Source of the DNA: Octopus bimaculoides
Taxonomy: Eukaryota
DNA length: 63,800 nt
Direction of reading: 5' to 3'
Assembly (NCBI RefSeq): GCF_001194135.2
Contig: NC_068987.1
Coordinates: forward strand, 103,634,553 to 103,698,352
Shown here: piece after piece, positions 52,301 through 63,800 of the stretch
How the letters are laid out: every line of letters starts with the position of its first letter
How positions within the stretch are numbered: the first letter of the stretch is position 1
Notes under the pieces: generated by a model
Databases searched by the model: none
What the model saw: only the letters and a program-made list of their open reading frames with translations
Told to the model about the DNA's origin: nothing
Made by a program: the position numbers and the translations under genes

Positions 52301-52385
52301 AGATAAACTTACATGGAAATGGATTCGTGGCGTGCAATCATATAATAGTATAAATAATATATGTATACATATATATATGTGTGTA

Positions 52386-52439
<54 letters not shown>

Positions 52440-52490
52440 TGTGTGTGTGTGTACATATTTACGTATATACGTATATACATATGCATATAT

Positions 52491-53471
52491 GGGTACAGGA
52501 CGTCATAAAACGTAAACAACATGAAATACGAACTACGAAAACATGGAATACGAACACCGAAAGAAACAAATTGAAAACAAGACAAGTAACATAAAGAGCG
52601 ACCCTTCATCAGTTGTCGGTTGTTTATCAACTCCATATTTCGAGCAATTACGACAAGATGTATCTTCAACAAAGCAGTTGCTCCCGCAAAACAAAATGAA
52701 ATTTGGGATTTGCGCAGAGTTAAAGTTGGTAACCAAAACAGGACAGTGAAAACAAATAGAAAGGGCGACTAAGCCATAATGAGGTGGAGTAGCAAACACT
52801 GGAGGAACAAGCTTTGACAGGAGAAAAGATAGAAGACGGACAAGAATGCGTGTGATGTGTGTGGCAGATCAAAAGGAAAGAAAGAAGCTCAAGTTAGGAA
52901 AAGAAAGATGGCCAATGGTCACGTGTGAGCAACAAGAGAATAAAGGAGGAAGAGTGAGAAAGAGAGAGGGAGACAGATAGAAAACGGGGAGGGGAGAGAA
53001 AACAAACAGTAAGGGCTGCTAAGCCATAACGAGGTGAGGTAGCAATCGCTTGAGGAATAAGCTTTGATAGGAGAAAAGATAGGAGAGGAGACAGACAAGA
53101 ATGCATTCTTGTCTGTCTCCTCTCCTATCTTTTGTCCTGTCAAACCTTGTTCCTTCAGCGCGTTCTACCTCACCTCCTTATGGCTTAGATGCCCTTACTG
53201 TTTGTTTTCGCTGTCCTGCTTTTGTTACCAACTTACCCTCCGCAAATCCCAAATTCAATTTTGCTTTGCGGGAACAACTGTTTCGTCGAAGACACATCTT
53301 GTCGTAATTGCTCGAAATGTGGATTACCTAAACAGCCGACAACTGATGAAGGGTCATTCTTTATGTTACTTGTCTTGTTTTTCATTGGTTTCTTTCGATG
53401 GTCGCAAAAAAAAGTTCGTATTCCATGTTTTCGTATTTCATGTTGTTTACGCTTTATTACGTCCTGTACCC
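52491..53471. mobile_element. About 1 kb fold-back element: long inverted arms, an internal direct duplication and a spacerless 60-bp palindrome
   Basis: 52491 to about 52850 is inverted at about 53104-53471. About 53000-53103 repeats the end of the left arm. 53074-53133 is a perfect palindrome centred on ATGCAT. Both flanks are TA-rich microsatellite. Confidence 0.85.
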
Positions 53472-53528
53472 ATATATACATATGTATATACATATATATG
53501 TAACTCTGTACATATATGTATGTATATA

Positions 53529-53582
<54 letters not shown>

Positions 53583-53800
53583 AGTAAAAATAAATACAAA
53601 AAAGGTGGGTTTTTTTGTATGATTGTGTATAGAGGAATATATTATTTTGTTTAAAAGAGTTCCAACACTGTCTGTTTTTTATGTTTTATTTATATTCCTG
53701 CAGAACCAATGTGGGGCATAGAATATGGAATATACAATATATAATATAATATAAAATATATAATATAAAATAAGATAAAATAAAATTAAAATGGATAGCA

Positions 53801-53846
<46 letters not shown>

Positions 53847-54575
53847 TTATATATATATATATAATATATATTCATATATACAGAAACACAGAGAGAGGAA
53901 GAGAGAGTGAAGGAGAGAGAGAGAGTGGAGGAGAGAGTGGAGGAGAAAGTGGAGGAGAGAGACTGGAGGAGAGAGAGTGTGGAGGAAAGAGAGTGGGGAG
54001 GAGAGAGAGTGGGAAGAGTGCAAGAGAGTAAGTAAAGAAATTTTTGGAGTACTTCTATACAGTGACACCATATTAAAAGGAATACACATGCGTAAACGTG
54101 CGCATGTTGCCCTCGCAAGCAAACACATACACATTGTGTATGTATACGCGAAGTAAAATCGTGTGTGTGTGTGTGTGTATGTGTCTGTGTGCGCGTGTGC
54201 GTGTTTATTGAACTGTAATACCTGTAGAGGTGACCATAAGACCAGAATTCAATTCGATTTAAAAAGTAACACTATCAACTTCAACTGAATACCAACGCAA
54301 GAAGCTCGTTCGAATGAGTTCACTTTGAAAACGCAGTAAGTGATGGAGCCTTGTTGAAGTTACAGTGACTAGGATGCACAATTACATACAGAGCAATGTG
54401 CAGTTGCTGCAGTCGAAACATATGTTAGTCATTGTTATATATTCTGCAGAAAACTTTTTAATAAAAAACTTTTGGGATGTGAATAAATCTCCACTCTCCT
54501 TTTGGTTTTCAATTATGTAGATATGTGTGTGTGTGTATGTACACACACACATATATTATTTCGCGTAAACATATG

Positions 54576-54607
<32 letters not shown>

Positions 54608-55542
54608 TACATTAATAAAACTACTAAATTTACACTAATACAAAGAAATGTATATATGTGCGCACGTAATCAGATCAGTTGCCATGCGCACAGAAAATGG
54701 CTCAAACGTTGTTGTGTGTGAGTGTATGTACGTGTGAGTGTATGTATGTGTGAGTGTATGTATGTGTGAGTGTATGTATGTGTGTATATGTGTGTATGTT
54801 TGTATACCTGTTATATTTTCATGCGTGTCTCGTTTTCTGAGTCCGTATGTGTATTTTTGTAATTATATATGCAAGTGTGAGTAAAGTGGTTTGAATGACG
54901 TTGTATCTGTAGGTTGAGTTTATGTATTGTGTGTGTACGTGTGTATGTGCGCATATGCGTAATTGTGTGTGTGTGTACTGCGTGTTTATGTAGTTATGTG
55001 TTTGTTTATGTGCTTGAAAACAACAGAACGTCGAATATTGTTATTCTACAAGATTAGAACTTCAAGAAAACGGATTTTAAAATAAAATAACAACTATAAT
55101 AACAACAACGGGAAAAAAACAAACAAACAAACAACCGCAACATTAACGGTGATACAGAAACAAGACTAAATGTAAAATGGTGGAAAGTAATGCAGTTTTT
55201 ATCCGATACATTGCGTTTGCGACACGCATTTCGCAAGCACTCCTTTAAAACACAACCAAATACGCATCGAACGAGAGACCGACAGACCAACCACCGCCAT
55301 CACTACCATAACTACACTAATTACAACCTCCATCACCATCATCACCACCGCTACAACCAATTTCCTATATGGTTTATTCTTTTCTTTTATCTAAACAAAC
55401 CAATTTAAGCAGAGACTTGTGCCTCCTACTGAAAAAAAAAATCATCATTGAAGCACGAATTCGCATATTGCAATTAAATTTTACAAATTTGGTAGTTTTG
55501 TACTTTGTTGGATGAATGCTTGTTGCTTAAATCTGTTCTGCA

Positions 55543-55556
55543 ACGCCATCTAGCGG
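55543..55556 (-). promoter_or_regulatory. Candidate CTCF binding site
   Basis: Minus strand CCGCTAGATGGCGT versus the CTCF core consensus CCASYAGRKGGCRS; lies in non-repetitive sequence. Motif match only. Confidence 0.45.
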
Positions 55557-55738
55557 ATTTAGGGGAAAATCAAATCAAATGAGAGGCAGGGAGGGAAGGT
55601 GGATTGCAGAGCAACTTTAAGTTAGACGGACAAGCAGACAGTCGGGCAGACAGTCAGGCAGACAGACAGGCAGGCTAACAAAAGTAAGGAACAAATTGAT
55701 AATGTGTCAGATAAATGGATGGGTACTGTGCGGGTAGC

Positions 55739-56120
55739 GGAGGCGCAATGGCCCAGTGGTTAGGGCAGCGGACTCGCGGTCATAGGATCGCGGTTTCGAT
55801 TCCCAGACTGGGCGTTGTGAGTGTTTATTGAGCGAAAACACCTAAAGCTCCACGAGGCTCCGGCAGGGGTTGGTGGCGAACCCTGCTGTACTCTTCCACC
55901 ACAACTTTCTCTCACTCTTTCTTCCTGTTTCTGTTGTGCCTGTAATTCAAAGGGTCAGCCTTGACACACTGTGTCACGCTGAATATCCCCGAGAACTACG
56001 TTAAGGGCACACGTGTCTGTGGAGTGCTCAGCCACTTGCACGTTAATTTCATGAGCAGGCTGTTTCGCTGATCGGATCAACTGGAACCCTCGACGTCGTA
56101 AGCGACGGAGTGCCAACACA
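55739..56120 (+). mobile_element. tRNA(Arg)-like SINE, family C/D head with a long tail (type 3); apparently intact
   Basis: GGAGGCGCAATGGCCCAGTGGTTAGG (A box), GGTTTCGATTCCC (B box), GTGTTTATTGAGCGAAAACACCT (CORE-like), ending GACGGAGTGCCAACACAAC. Probably one of the octopus OR-type SINEs (recalled, not searched). Confidence 0.88.
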
Positions 56121-57497
56121 ACACACCAACACTGTACGGGTGAACAGGTGGGGGATTGTGGGAAGTATACCGGTCTGGAAGTTGGGTGTTGGGTTGTTGT
56201 TTAGCCCAAGGTGAGTCTTGATTGAGCAACCCTATAGCCAAAGATGTTCATGCCAAGATCAAGCCATCTTTTTGTCAAGCAGTGTGATTTAAGTGTACAT
56301 ACAATTCCAAAGTGCAGTTTCCTCTTTTTTAAGACAGTAGTGTATGATTTTAGTGAGAGTTTTTCTAGCAAACTGAGTCACTCCGTAGACGTTTCATAAT
56401 CACCATCAGAAGCAGCAACAGCGGCAACAGCATTATCACCATCATGGTGATAAGAAAGGCTGCGATGATGACTGCAAGGGGCATAACAGTATTTTTCCAA
56501 AGAATACACTAGCGTTGCTGTTGATTCCGCTGTAGGTGTTGATGCTGCTGCTGATGATGATGATGATGATGATGTTGTTGTTGTTGTTGTTGTTATTGTT
56601 GCTGCTGCTGNNNNNNNNNNNNNNNNNNNNNNNNNNNNNNNNNNNNNNNNNNNNNNNNNNNNNNNNNNNNNNNNNNNNNNNNNNNNNNNNNNNNNNNNNN
56701 NNNNNNNNNNNNNNNNNNNNNNNNNNNNNNNNNNNNNNNNNNNNNNNNNNNNNNNNNNNNNNNNNNNNNNNNNNNNNNNNNNNNNNNNNNNNNNNNNNNN
56801 NNNNNNNNNNNNNNNNNNNNNNNNNNNNNNNNNNNNNNNNNNNNNNNNNNNNNNNNNNNNNNNNNNNNNNNNNNNNNNNNNNNNNNNNNNNNNNNNNNNN
56901 NNNNNNNNNNNNNNNNNNNNNNNNNNNNNNNNNNNNNNNNNNNNNNNNNNNNNNNNNNNNNNNNNNNNNNNNNNNNNNNNNNNNNNNNNNNNNNNNNNNN
57001 NNNNNNNNNNNNNNNNNNNNNNNNNNNNNNNNNNNNNNNNNNNNNNNNNNNNNNNNNNNNNNNNNNNNNNNNNNNNNNNNNNNNNNNNNNNNNNNNNNNN
57101 NNNNNNNNNNNNNNNNNNNNNNNNNNNNNNNNNNNNNNNNNNNNNNNNNNNNNNNNNNNNNNNNNNNNNNNNNNNNNNNNNNNNNNNNNNNNNNNNNNNN
57201 NNNNNNNNNNNNNNNNNNNNNNNNNNNNNNNNNNNNNNNNNNNNNNNNNNNNNNNNNNNNNNNNNNNNNNNNNNNNNNNNNNNNNNNNNNNNNNNNNNNN
57301 NNNNNNNNNNNNNNNNNNNNNNNNNNNNNNNNNNNNNNNNNNNNNNNNNNNNNNNNNNNNNNNNNNNNNNNNNNNNNNNNNNNNNNNNNNNNNNNNNNNN
57401 NNNNNNNNNNNNNNNNAAAGTGGAGATGCAGATGTTTCTAACATTAGCAGAAGCCGACAGATTCTCAAAGAAGGAGAAGATTGGATTGAACCAACCT

Positions 57498-57537
<40 letters not shown>

Positions 57538-58154
57538 ATTAAATGCGACAGAAGTAGTATTAATACCAAAAGATAATATCAATCTCCTACTTAATAAAGG
57601 TGTGTTAGAAAACAGAATACTGTGTTCTTTACTATAACAGGACTTCTCATATGAACTTGTGGTGCACAAAAGCACTCGTGTTTATATCGTTGACCATCCG
57701 CTACAGCCACAGGAACTACGGGAGATAAATATTACCCTTTGTTATTAATAATGCTTTTGTCGCTATAAATTATTCTTAATACGCCCACAAGCTATTTGCG
57801 GCAGCAGTGCCTGAGTAGATACTGATGTTGTTTATATCGCTGAACATCTGCCATTAACAAGCCCAAGAAAGAGCAAAATCACATTACCTGGTAGTTCTAA
57901 CGGCCGTAGCGGACGGTCATTGTCCGTCAGCGATATAAAACGAACGCCTTATGAGCAACAAGTTCAAATGAGAGGTCATGCCTTGGTAAATGATGTCGTA
58001 TTGTGTTCTAACATAATATCCCCATTAAGTGGGAGATAAATATAAAATATATGTGTGTGCATGTGTGTATAAAGATATACATATCTGTATATATNNNNNN
58101 NNNNNNNNNNNNNNNNNNNNNNNNNNNNNNNNNNNNNNNNNNNNNNNNNNNNNN

Positions 58155-58189
<35 letters not shown>

Positions 58190-59361
58190 CGTGTGTATGT
58201 GTGTGTGTGTGTATTTCAAGCAGATAAAAATACGATGACACAACACCAGAGGGACGAGTAGTGGAAAAAAAATTAACCTACAGGAAAGTGTGACAGATTA
58301 GAGACACCATATATATAATTTACAGACACCCAAAAGGATTATCAAAACCTCTGTAGCAACTTCATATATAAAACAATTGTTCAAGTAGACAGAACGATAA
58401 CTTTGACAAAACAGAATATGTACGTCGTTGCCATCTGCAGATATAGAACAACTACTGAACCGACCAATGAATAAGAGATAAAGAAAACATGACATTAATT
58501 ATTAATTTAAAAACAACATGCAACATGTGGGTAGCAACAAGTCTATACGAGTCATTGAGTACGTTTCTGTGTGCATCAGTCAATCCTATTCAATTTAGCA
58601 ACCAAATATCACTCCACAAACTATCGGGCTGGGTCCAAACAGTTATCCTTTGTTTCTAAATGGAGGCGGTAACGTCCTTTAAATTGATCAAAATATAACA
58701 TTGGTATAGATATTGTAAACATATTCTTCAAAAATAAATTTTTAAATATTTTAAATATTCACTTTACTATAATAAGCCATCACAGAAATTTTGACATTTG
58801 ATATTATTATTGAGCAGTTTCATATGCCATTAACCTAAGATAACACTATAAAATAATTGGGCAAGTCATTAGTTAGGCTGTTTTTGTTCTTAAAATTGTG
58901 ATGCTGATAAAATTAAAATGTTTTCACAAATCCAAATCAGAATTTTCTTTTTTGTTTTTGTTTTTTTTCCTAATCGGATCTAGAAACTGTTTAGCTCAAA
59001 AATTTTAAATGTCAATTAGAATCAATAAAAGGAATTCATAATCTGTCGACTATCGATTTCAGAACAAATATCATTATCAGATGCACAACGATCACTTCTA
59101 TCGCCACAACTGCGACCATCATCAACACCATCATCATTACTATTACTATTTAAACTTAATCGCTTTGTATAATAAAACGCTTCTACTAATGTGAATCATT
59201 CTCACCAAAGAAATTTGGTTTTAAAAAAGAGACGGTTTAAAATATAAAGATATATAACTTCAAATTACATCCCACAAAATGAAAAAAAAAACAGAAACCA
59301 ATCTTGATTTGAAATTGCCATTTCTGTTTCAGTATCGAGTTATCGTTTCTCGATAATAATA

Positions 59362-59368
59362 ATAATAA

Positions 59369-59445
<77 letters not shown>
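59362..59445. repeat. (AAT)n to (AGT)n microsatellite
   Basis: Direct tandem repeats. Confidence 0.95.
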
Positions 59446-59497
59446 AACTGTGGCTGTTTTCTTACTAATACCTTTCATTTGACAAAATAAATCTCAC

Positions 59498-59521
59498 CTT
59501 TATCTTGTCTGTATATCTCAT
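59498..59521 (-). other. Candidate 24-nt micro-exon
   Basis: ccatcttgtattgtttgtAG|ATGAGATATACAGACAAGATAAAG|GTgaga; length is a multiple of 3 and the phase-1 frame (D)EIYRQDK is open. Splice-site pattern only. Confidence 0.25.
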
Positions 59522-60019
59522 CTACAAACAATACAAGATGGCTGATTTCACTGGTTTAATTATTTTTGTTTATCCACCATTGTCAATAAATCCTAAATCC
59601 CTAGATAAAATGTATTTCACTATTGTTTTTTTTTTCTCTCTCTCTCTCTCTCTCTCCCTCTCTTTTTTTGTGTATTTGGGGGAGTTGTCTTTTTGTTTTT
59701 CTGCTTTTATCATTTTTATTAAGATATACATACATACATAAATACTTACATACGTACATATATACATACATATGCACGCATTCATATCTATACTTTAACA
59801 TATATATATATATATATACAGAGAGAGAGAGACAGAGAGAGGGGAGAGAGGGAGAGAGAGAGAGACATTGATATTATTTTTCTTATTCGAATTATTCGTT
59901 ATTCTTGTCTTTCCTCTTCTTGTTGACATATTCTTACTGGCATTGTCAATGTTACTGTAGTTACTTTGGCTATTGATGTTGACGTACTTGCTGTTGTTGA
60001 TCTACTCTCATTGATATTC

Positions 60020-60535
60020 TTACCGTTGCTGCTGCTGCTGCAACTGCTGTTGTTTTGTTGTTGTTTCTGCTTTTGATATTGTGGTTGTGATCGTAGTTGT
60101 TGCTTCCGTTATTGTTGTTGATGTATCGCAGTCGCCATTATTTTTTATTACTGTCGTACATATCATTCTAGTTGTTATTGTTCTTGTCATTTTGTTGTTG
60201 TTGTTGTTGTTGTTGATGCTGTTGTTGTTCTTTCTGCATCGCTTTTGTTTTTGTTGTTCTTCTTCTCAGAGTTCTCGTTGTTATTGTTACTGTTATCCTT
60301 CTCATCGTCCTGGCACCTGATATTGTTGTTGTTGTTGTTCCTGTTGTTGTTACTTTTGGTATTAACGTTGTCATCATTGTTATTGCTGTCTTTGTTATCA
60401 TTGCTAATACCGTCATCACTGTTGTTGTTTTTATTACCACTCTGCTTTATGCTGTTGTTGTTGTTGTTGCTGCTACTGCTGTTATTGTTGTAATTGTTGT
60501 TATTCTTGGTATTGTTCTTGTTGTTATTGCTTGCT
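60020..60535. repeat. Degenerate (GTT/GCT/ATT)n trinucleotide region
   Basis: Low-complexity triplet mosaic. Confidence 0.85.
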
Positions 60536-61298
60536 GATTTAACATGATGTTCTGACACAATCTGATACTCTTTTCTTATATCGGAATATATCGTCTCAGT
60601 TATGACAGCTGCTTGGATCTGGCAAACAAAGTTTCGCTGACAATTCCACAGGGACCATAGAAATGGCTGTTCTCAATTACAGAGCTGACGTATATACGCA
60701 TATAAGTATGTTATATAAATTTGTGTATATATAGATACATAAATATATATATATATATATATANNNNNNNNNNNNNNNNNNNNNNNNNNNNNNNNNNNNN
60801 NNNNNNNNNNNNNNNNNNNNNNNNNNNNNNNNNNNNNNNNNNNNNNNNNNNNNNNNNNNNNNNNNNNNNNNNNNNNNNNNNNNNNNNNNNNNNNNNNNNN
60901 NNNNNNNNNNNNNNNNNNNNNNNNNNNNNNNNNNNNNNNNNNNNNNNNNNNNNNNNNNNNNNNNNNNNNNNNNNNNNNNNNNNNNNNNNNNNNNNNNNNN
61001 NNNNNNNNNNNNNNNNNNNNNNNNNNNNNNNNNNNNNNNNNNNNNNNNNNNNNNNNNNNNNNNNNNNNNNNNNNNNNNNNNNNNNNNNNNNNNNNNNNNN
61101 NNNNNNNNNNNNNNNNNNNNNNNNNNNNNNNNNNNNNNNNNNNNNNNNNNNNNNNNNNNNNNNNNNNNNNNNNNNNNNNNNNNNNNNNNNNNNNNNNNNN
61201 NNNNNNNNNNNNNNNNNNNNNNNNNNNNNNNNNNNNNNNNNNNNNNNNNNNNNNNNNNNNNNNNNNNNNNNNNNNNNNNNNNNNNNNNNNNNNNNNNN

Positions 61299-61333
<35 letters not shown>

Positions 61334-62362
61334 AAGAGAAAGACAGACGGACAGACAGAGTGAGGTGTGTTTATGGACACATATATATATATATATACAT
61401 GTCTATGGACACATGTATGGATACATACATACACACAGTGTATTTACATACAGGTGTGTGTACGCCTACATGTATACATGTATACAAATATGCTTGTGTA
61501 TGTGTGTGTATATATATATATATATATATGCGTGTGTATGTGCGTGTGTATGTGCGCATGAGCGTGCGAATTTGTGTGCTCATGTGTCTGCCTGCTTTTA
61601 TATATATCCGTGTTTGTGTGTGAGTGTGCGTGTGCGCGAATGTGTGTGTGTTTGCACATGCGTGTGTCTATACGCATGCACAAGCATATGTGTATGTCTA
61701 TGTATGCATTGTTGTTTATATGTTCACGTATGTTTGTTTACGCTTGCTCGCCCCTTTTATCTTATTGTATTTTTGCTGTTGTATGAACGAAACCTCCCAA
61801 AAAAACAACTATCAAATTTTCAATAATTACATCTCGTATAAAGCACCACCCTACACTATTCACACACAACATCCTGGTTCTATACCCCTTCCATCCTATC
61901 ATTTACTATACACTATATCATTCTCACAACCATATTTCAACACCCGTGTTTTTGTTTTTTCCTTTTCTCAATAAACCAGGTGTTAATCAGAATGTATTGA
62001 AATGATAGTCTTGTACGTATTTTAGCTGTGTTTTTTTTTCCTTTTTTGTTTTAAACAATTTCTATTGCTATTGATATTTAATCCTCCAACCACGCCTCGA
62101 ATAACACTACGACTATCATTGCTTATTTTCTTTCGTCTGTCTGTTTGTCCCGGCGTTTAATTTTCTTTTTCTTTTTCTCTCTCTCTGTGAACCTCTCCCT
62201 CTCACTTCTCTTTCTCTCTCTCTCTCTCTCTTCTCTCTCTCTTTCTCATTATATAAACACACACACACACTCATATACACTTATGCATAGAAATATATAT
62301 GATTCTTCCTATCTCTCTACATCTACTACTTATCTATGTAACTATTTACTTATCTATATATG

Positions 62363-62413
<51 letters not shown>

Positions 62414-62645
62414 GTCTGTCTATGTCTCGGTCTATCTGTCTATTCATTCATCTATCTATCTATCTACCTATCTTCCTCACTTGCTTCTCACAACTTCACT
62501 GTTACTTTTATCATTCTGCTTAATTCCGTCTAACTATACATTATTCACCTTGAATTTGAAGAAAAAGTGTGAGACAGACAGACAGGCAGGTAGATAGATA
62601 ACCAAAAAGACAGACAGACAGATAACCAAACAGACATACATACAT

Positions 62646-62683
<38 letters not shown>

Positions 62684-62825
62684 CGATAGGCAGGCAGAAA
62701 TTATCATTGTTAAATAGCTGGACATAAAAAGATAGAAAAATACACAGAGAAAAACATAGATAGATAGATAGATAGATAGATAGTTAGATAGATAGATAGA
62801 CAGACAGATGTTGTTGATGCACGAT

Positions 62826-62866
<41 letters not shown>

Positions 62867-63031
62867 GTCTAAGCATTTCGATGTGCAACTACGTATTAAG
62901 AAGTTCGATTCTTTCTTCTTACTGATACCAAATACAGAAAAAATAGAGTTTGCAAATTTCGTAAAAATGTATGACGATCATGTATTGTTTAACTTGATTT
63001 TACTATGTATTCTTCTGCCATATAAACGTGA

Positions 63032-63068
<37 letters not shown>

Positions 63069-63071
<3 letters not shown>

Positions 63072-63550
63072 TTACGATGAAAGTAACTAAACAAAGTTTT
63101 CTTTAGAAGCGTTGAGATGTATTGAAAGACACAGATAAGGAAATAATTTTATTCCCAAACGCAGGATAATGCTAATAATATAGCATGAACAGCATAAACT
63201 AACCATATATTGAAGAAAAATGTGTCGCCGGCCAGCCATGTGACACGAACTCACATCCCTGTGATTACGCGTCGTAGTGCTTTTTTTTACCTTTAAGCTA
63301 ACCTGACCCAACTACAAATTGTTCTGCAAATTTAGGATATATAAATCTAGCTTTATGAGACGCTATCGTACGTTAAATTCAAATTACGATGAAAGTAAAC
63401 AAAGTTTGCTTTAGAAGCGTTGAGATGTATTGAAAGATAAGGAAATAACTTTATTCTCAAACGCAGGATAATGCAAATAATATAGTATGAACAGGATAAA
63501 CTACCATTATTTTGCAGGAAAATGTGTCGACACATTTTTCTGCAAAATAA
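63069..63550. repeat. About 155-bp direct duplication ending in a spacerless palindrome
   Basis: 63069-63227 is similar to 63381-63529; 63507-63550 is a palindrome with 22-bp arms (1 mismatch) centred on GTCGAC. Confidence 0.85.
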
Positions 63551-63590
63551 GAGAATAAAATTATTTCCGTATATATATATATATATATAT

Positions 63591-63737
63591 TAATGACGGT
63601 AGAAATTGATATTAATCAATTAAAACCAGTGGTCTAGCATATTAAAAAAATCCGAAGATTAAAATTATATTACATATAATTTTTAATATGCTAGACCACT
63701 GGTTTTAATTGATTAATATCAATTTCTACCCTCATTA
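63591..63737. mobile_element. Family F fold-back, 58-bp arms
   Basis: 63591-63648 versus 63680-63737 match at 57/58 positions as reverse complements; the same sequence occurs at 25366 and about 34850. Confidence 0.85.
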
Positions 63738-63800
63738 ATAAATTTTAAATAATGATGTCCTCAAACCGGTAAATTAGCTGCAAAAATTTATTAACTGCAG

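Noticed and set aside
53290-53360. CTGATGA in the arms of the 52491-53471 fold-back as a hammerhead
   Set aside because: There is no downstream GAAA. A permuted (type II) fold gives a stem I (TTGTCG/CGACAA) but needs GAAG in place of GAAA and has poor stems II and III.
54228-54341. Strong plus-strand donor GCA|GTAAGT suggesting an exon
   Set aside because: All three frames from the nearest acceptor contain stops.
55739-55815. Possible tRNA gene
   Set aside because: A and B boxes are present, but there is no acceptor stem or cloverleaf, and the sequence continues into a SINE core and tail.
3366-61623. Long ORFs containing X runs or YI/CV/HT/poly-residue tracts
   Set aside because: They are artefacts of N gaps and microsatellites, with no domain content.

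Overview
This is a eukaryotic, AT-rich, repeat-saturated window from a gappy draft assembly, with many N runs that are nearly all flanked by microsatellites. The SINE, LINE and microsatellite complement looks like a coleoid cephalopod, probably Octopus; this is inferred from recognising the repeats, not from a search. I find no intact host protein-coding gene, no real tRNA or rRNA, and no CRISPR array. Almost all long ORFs in the track are microsatellite or N artefacts. Supportable content: (1) decayed LINEs, namely five R4/Dong-like RLE fragments linked to (TAA)n and two CR1/Jockey-group fragments; (2) Penelope-like element (PLE) fragments with linker and GIY-YIG motifs; (3) a 1.18-kb Tc1/mariner DD37D (maT-type) relic with TIRs; (4) an internally deleted Helitron inserted inside a SINE; (5) about 20 tRNA-derived SINE copies in several modular families. 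The most interesting signal is a set of at least seven minimal type-I hammerhead-ribozyme-like motifs (CUGANGA ... GAAAC ... GUH) from about five unrelated short repeat families. Several sit in head-to-head fold-back structures with variable inversion points, and one forms the tail of a tRNA-headed SINE-like element. Together these suggest a diverse population of non-autonomous, ribozyme-bearing PLE parasites. Ribozyme activity and novelty are untested.
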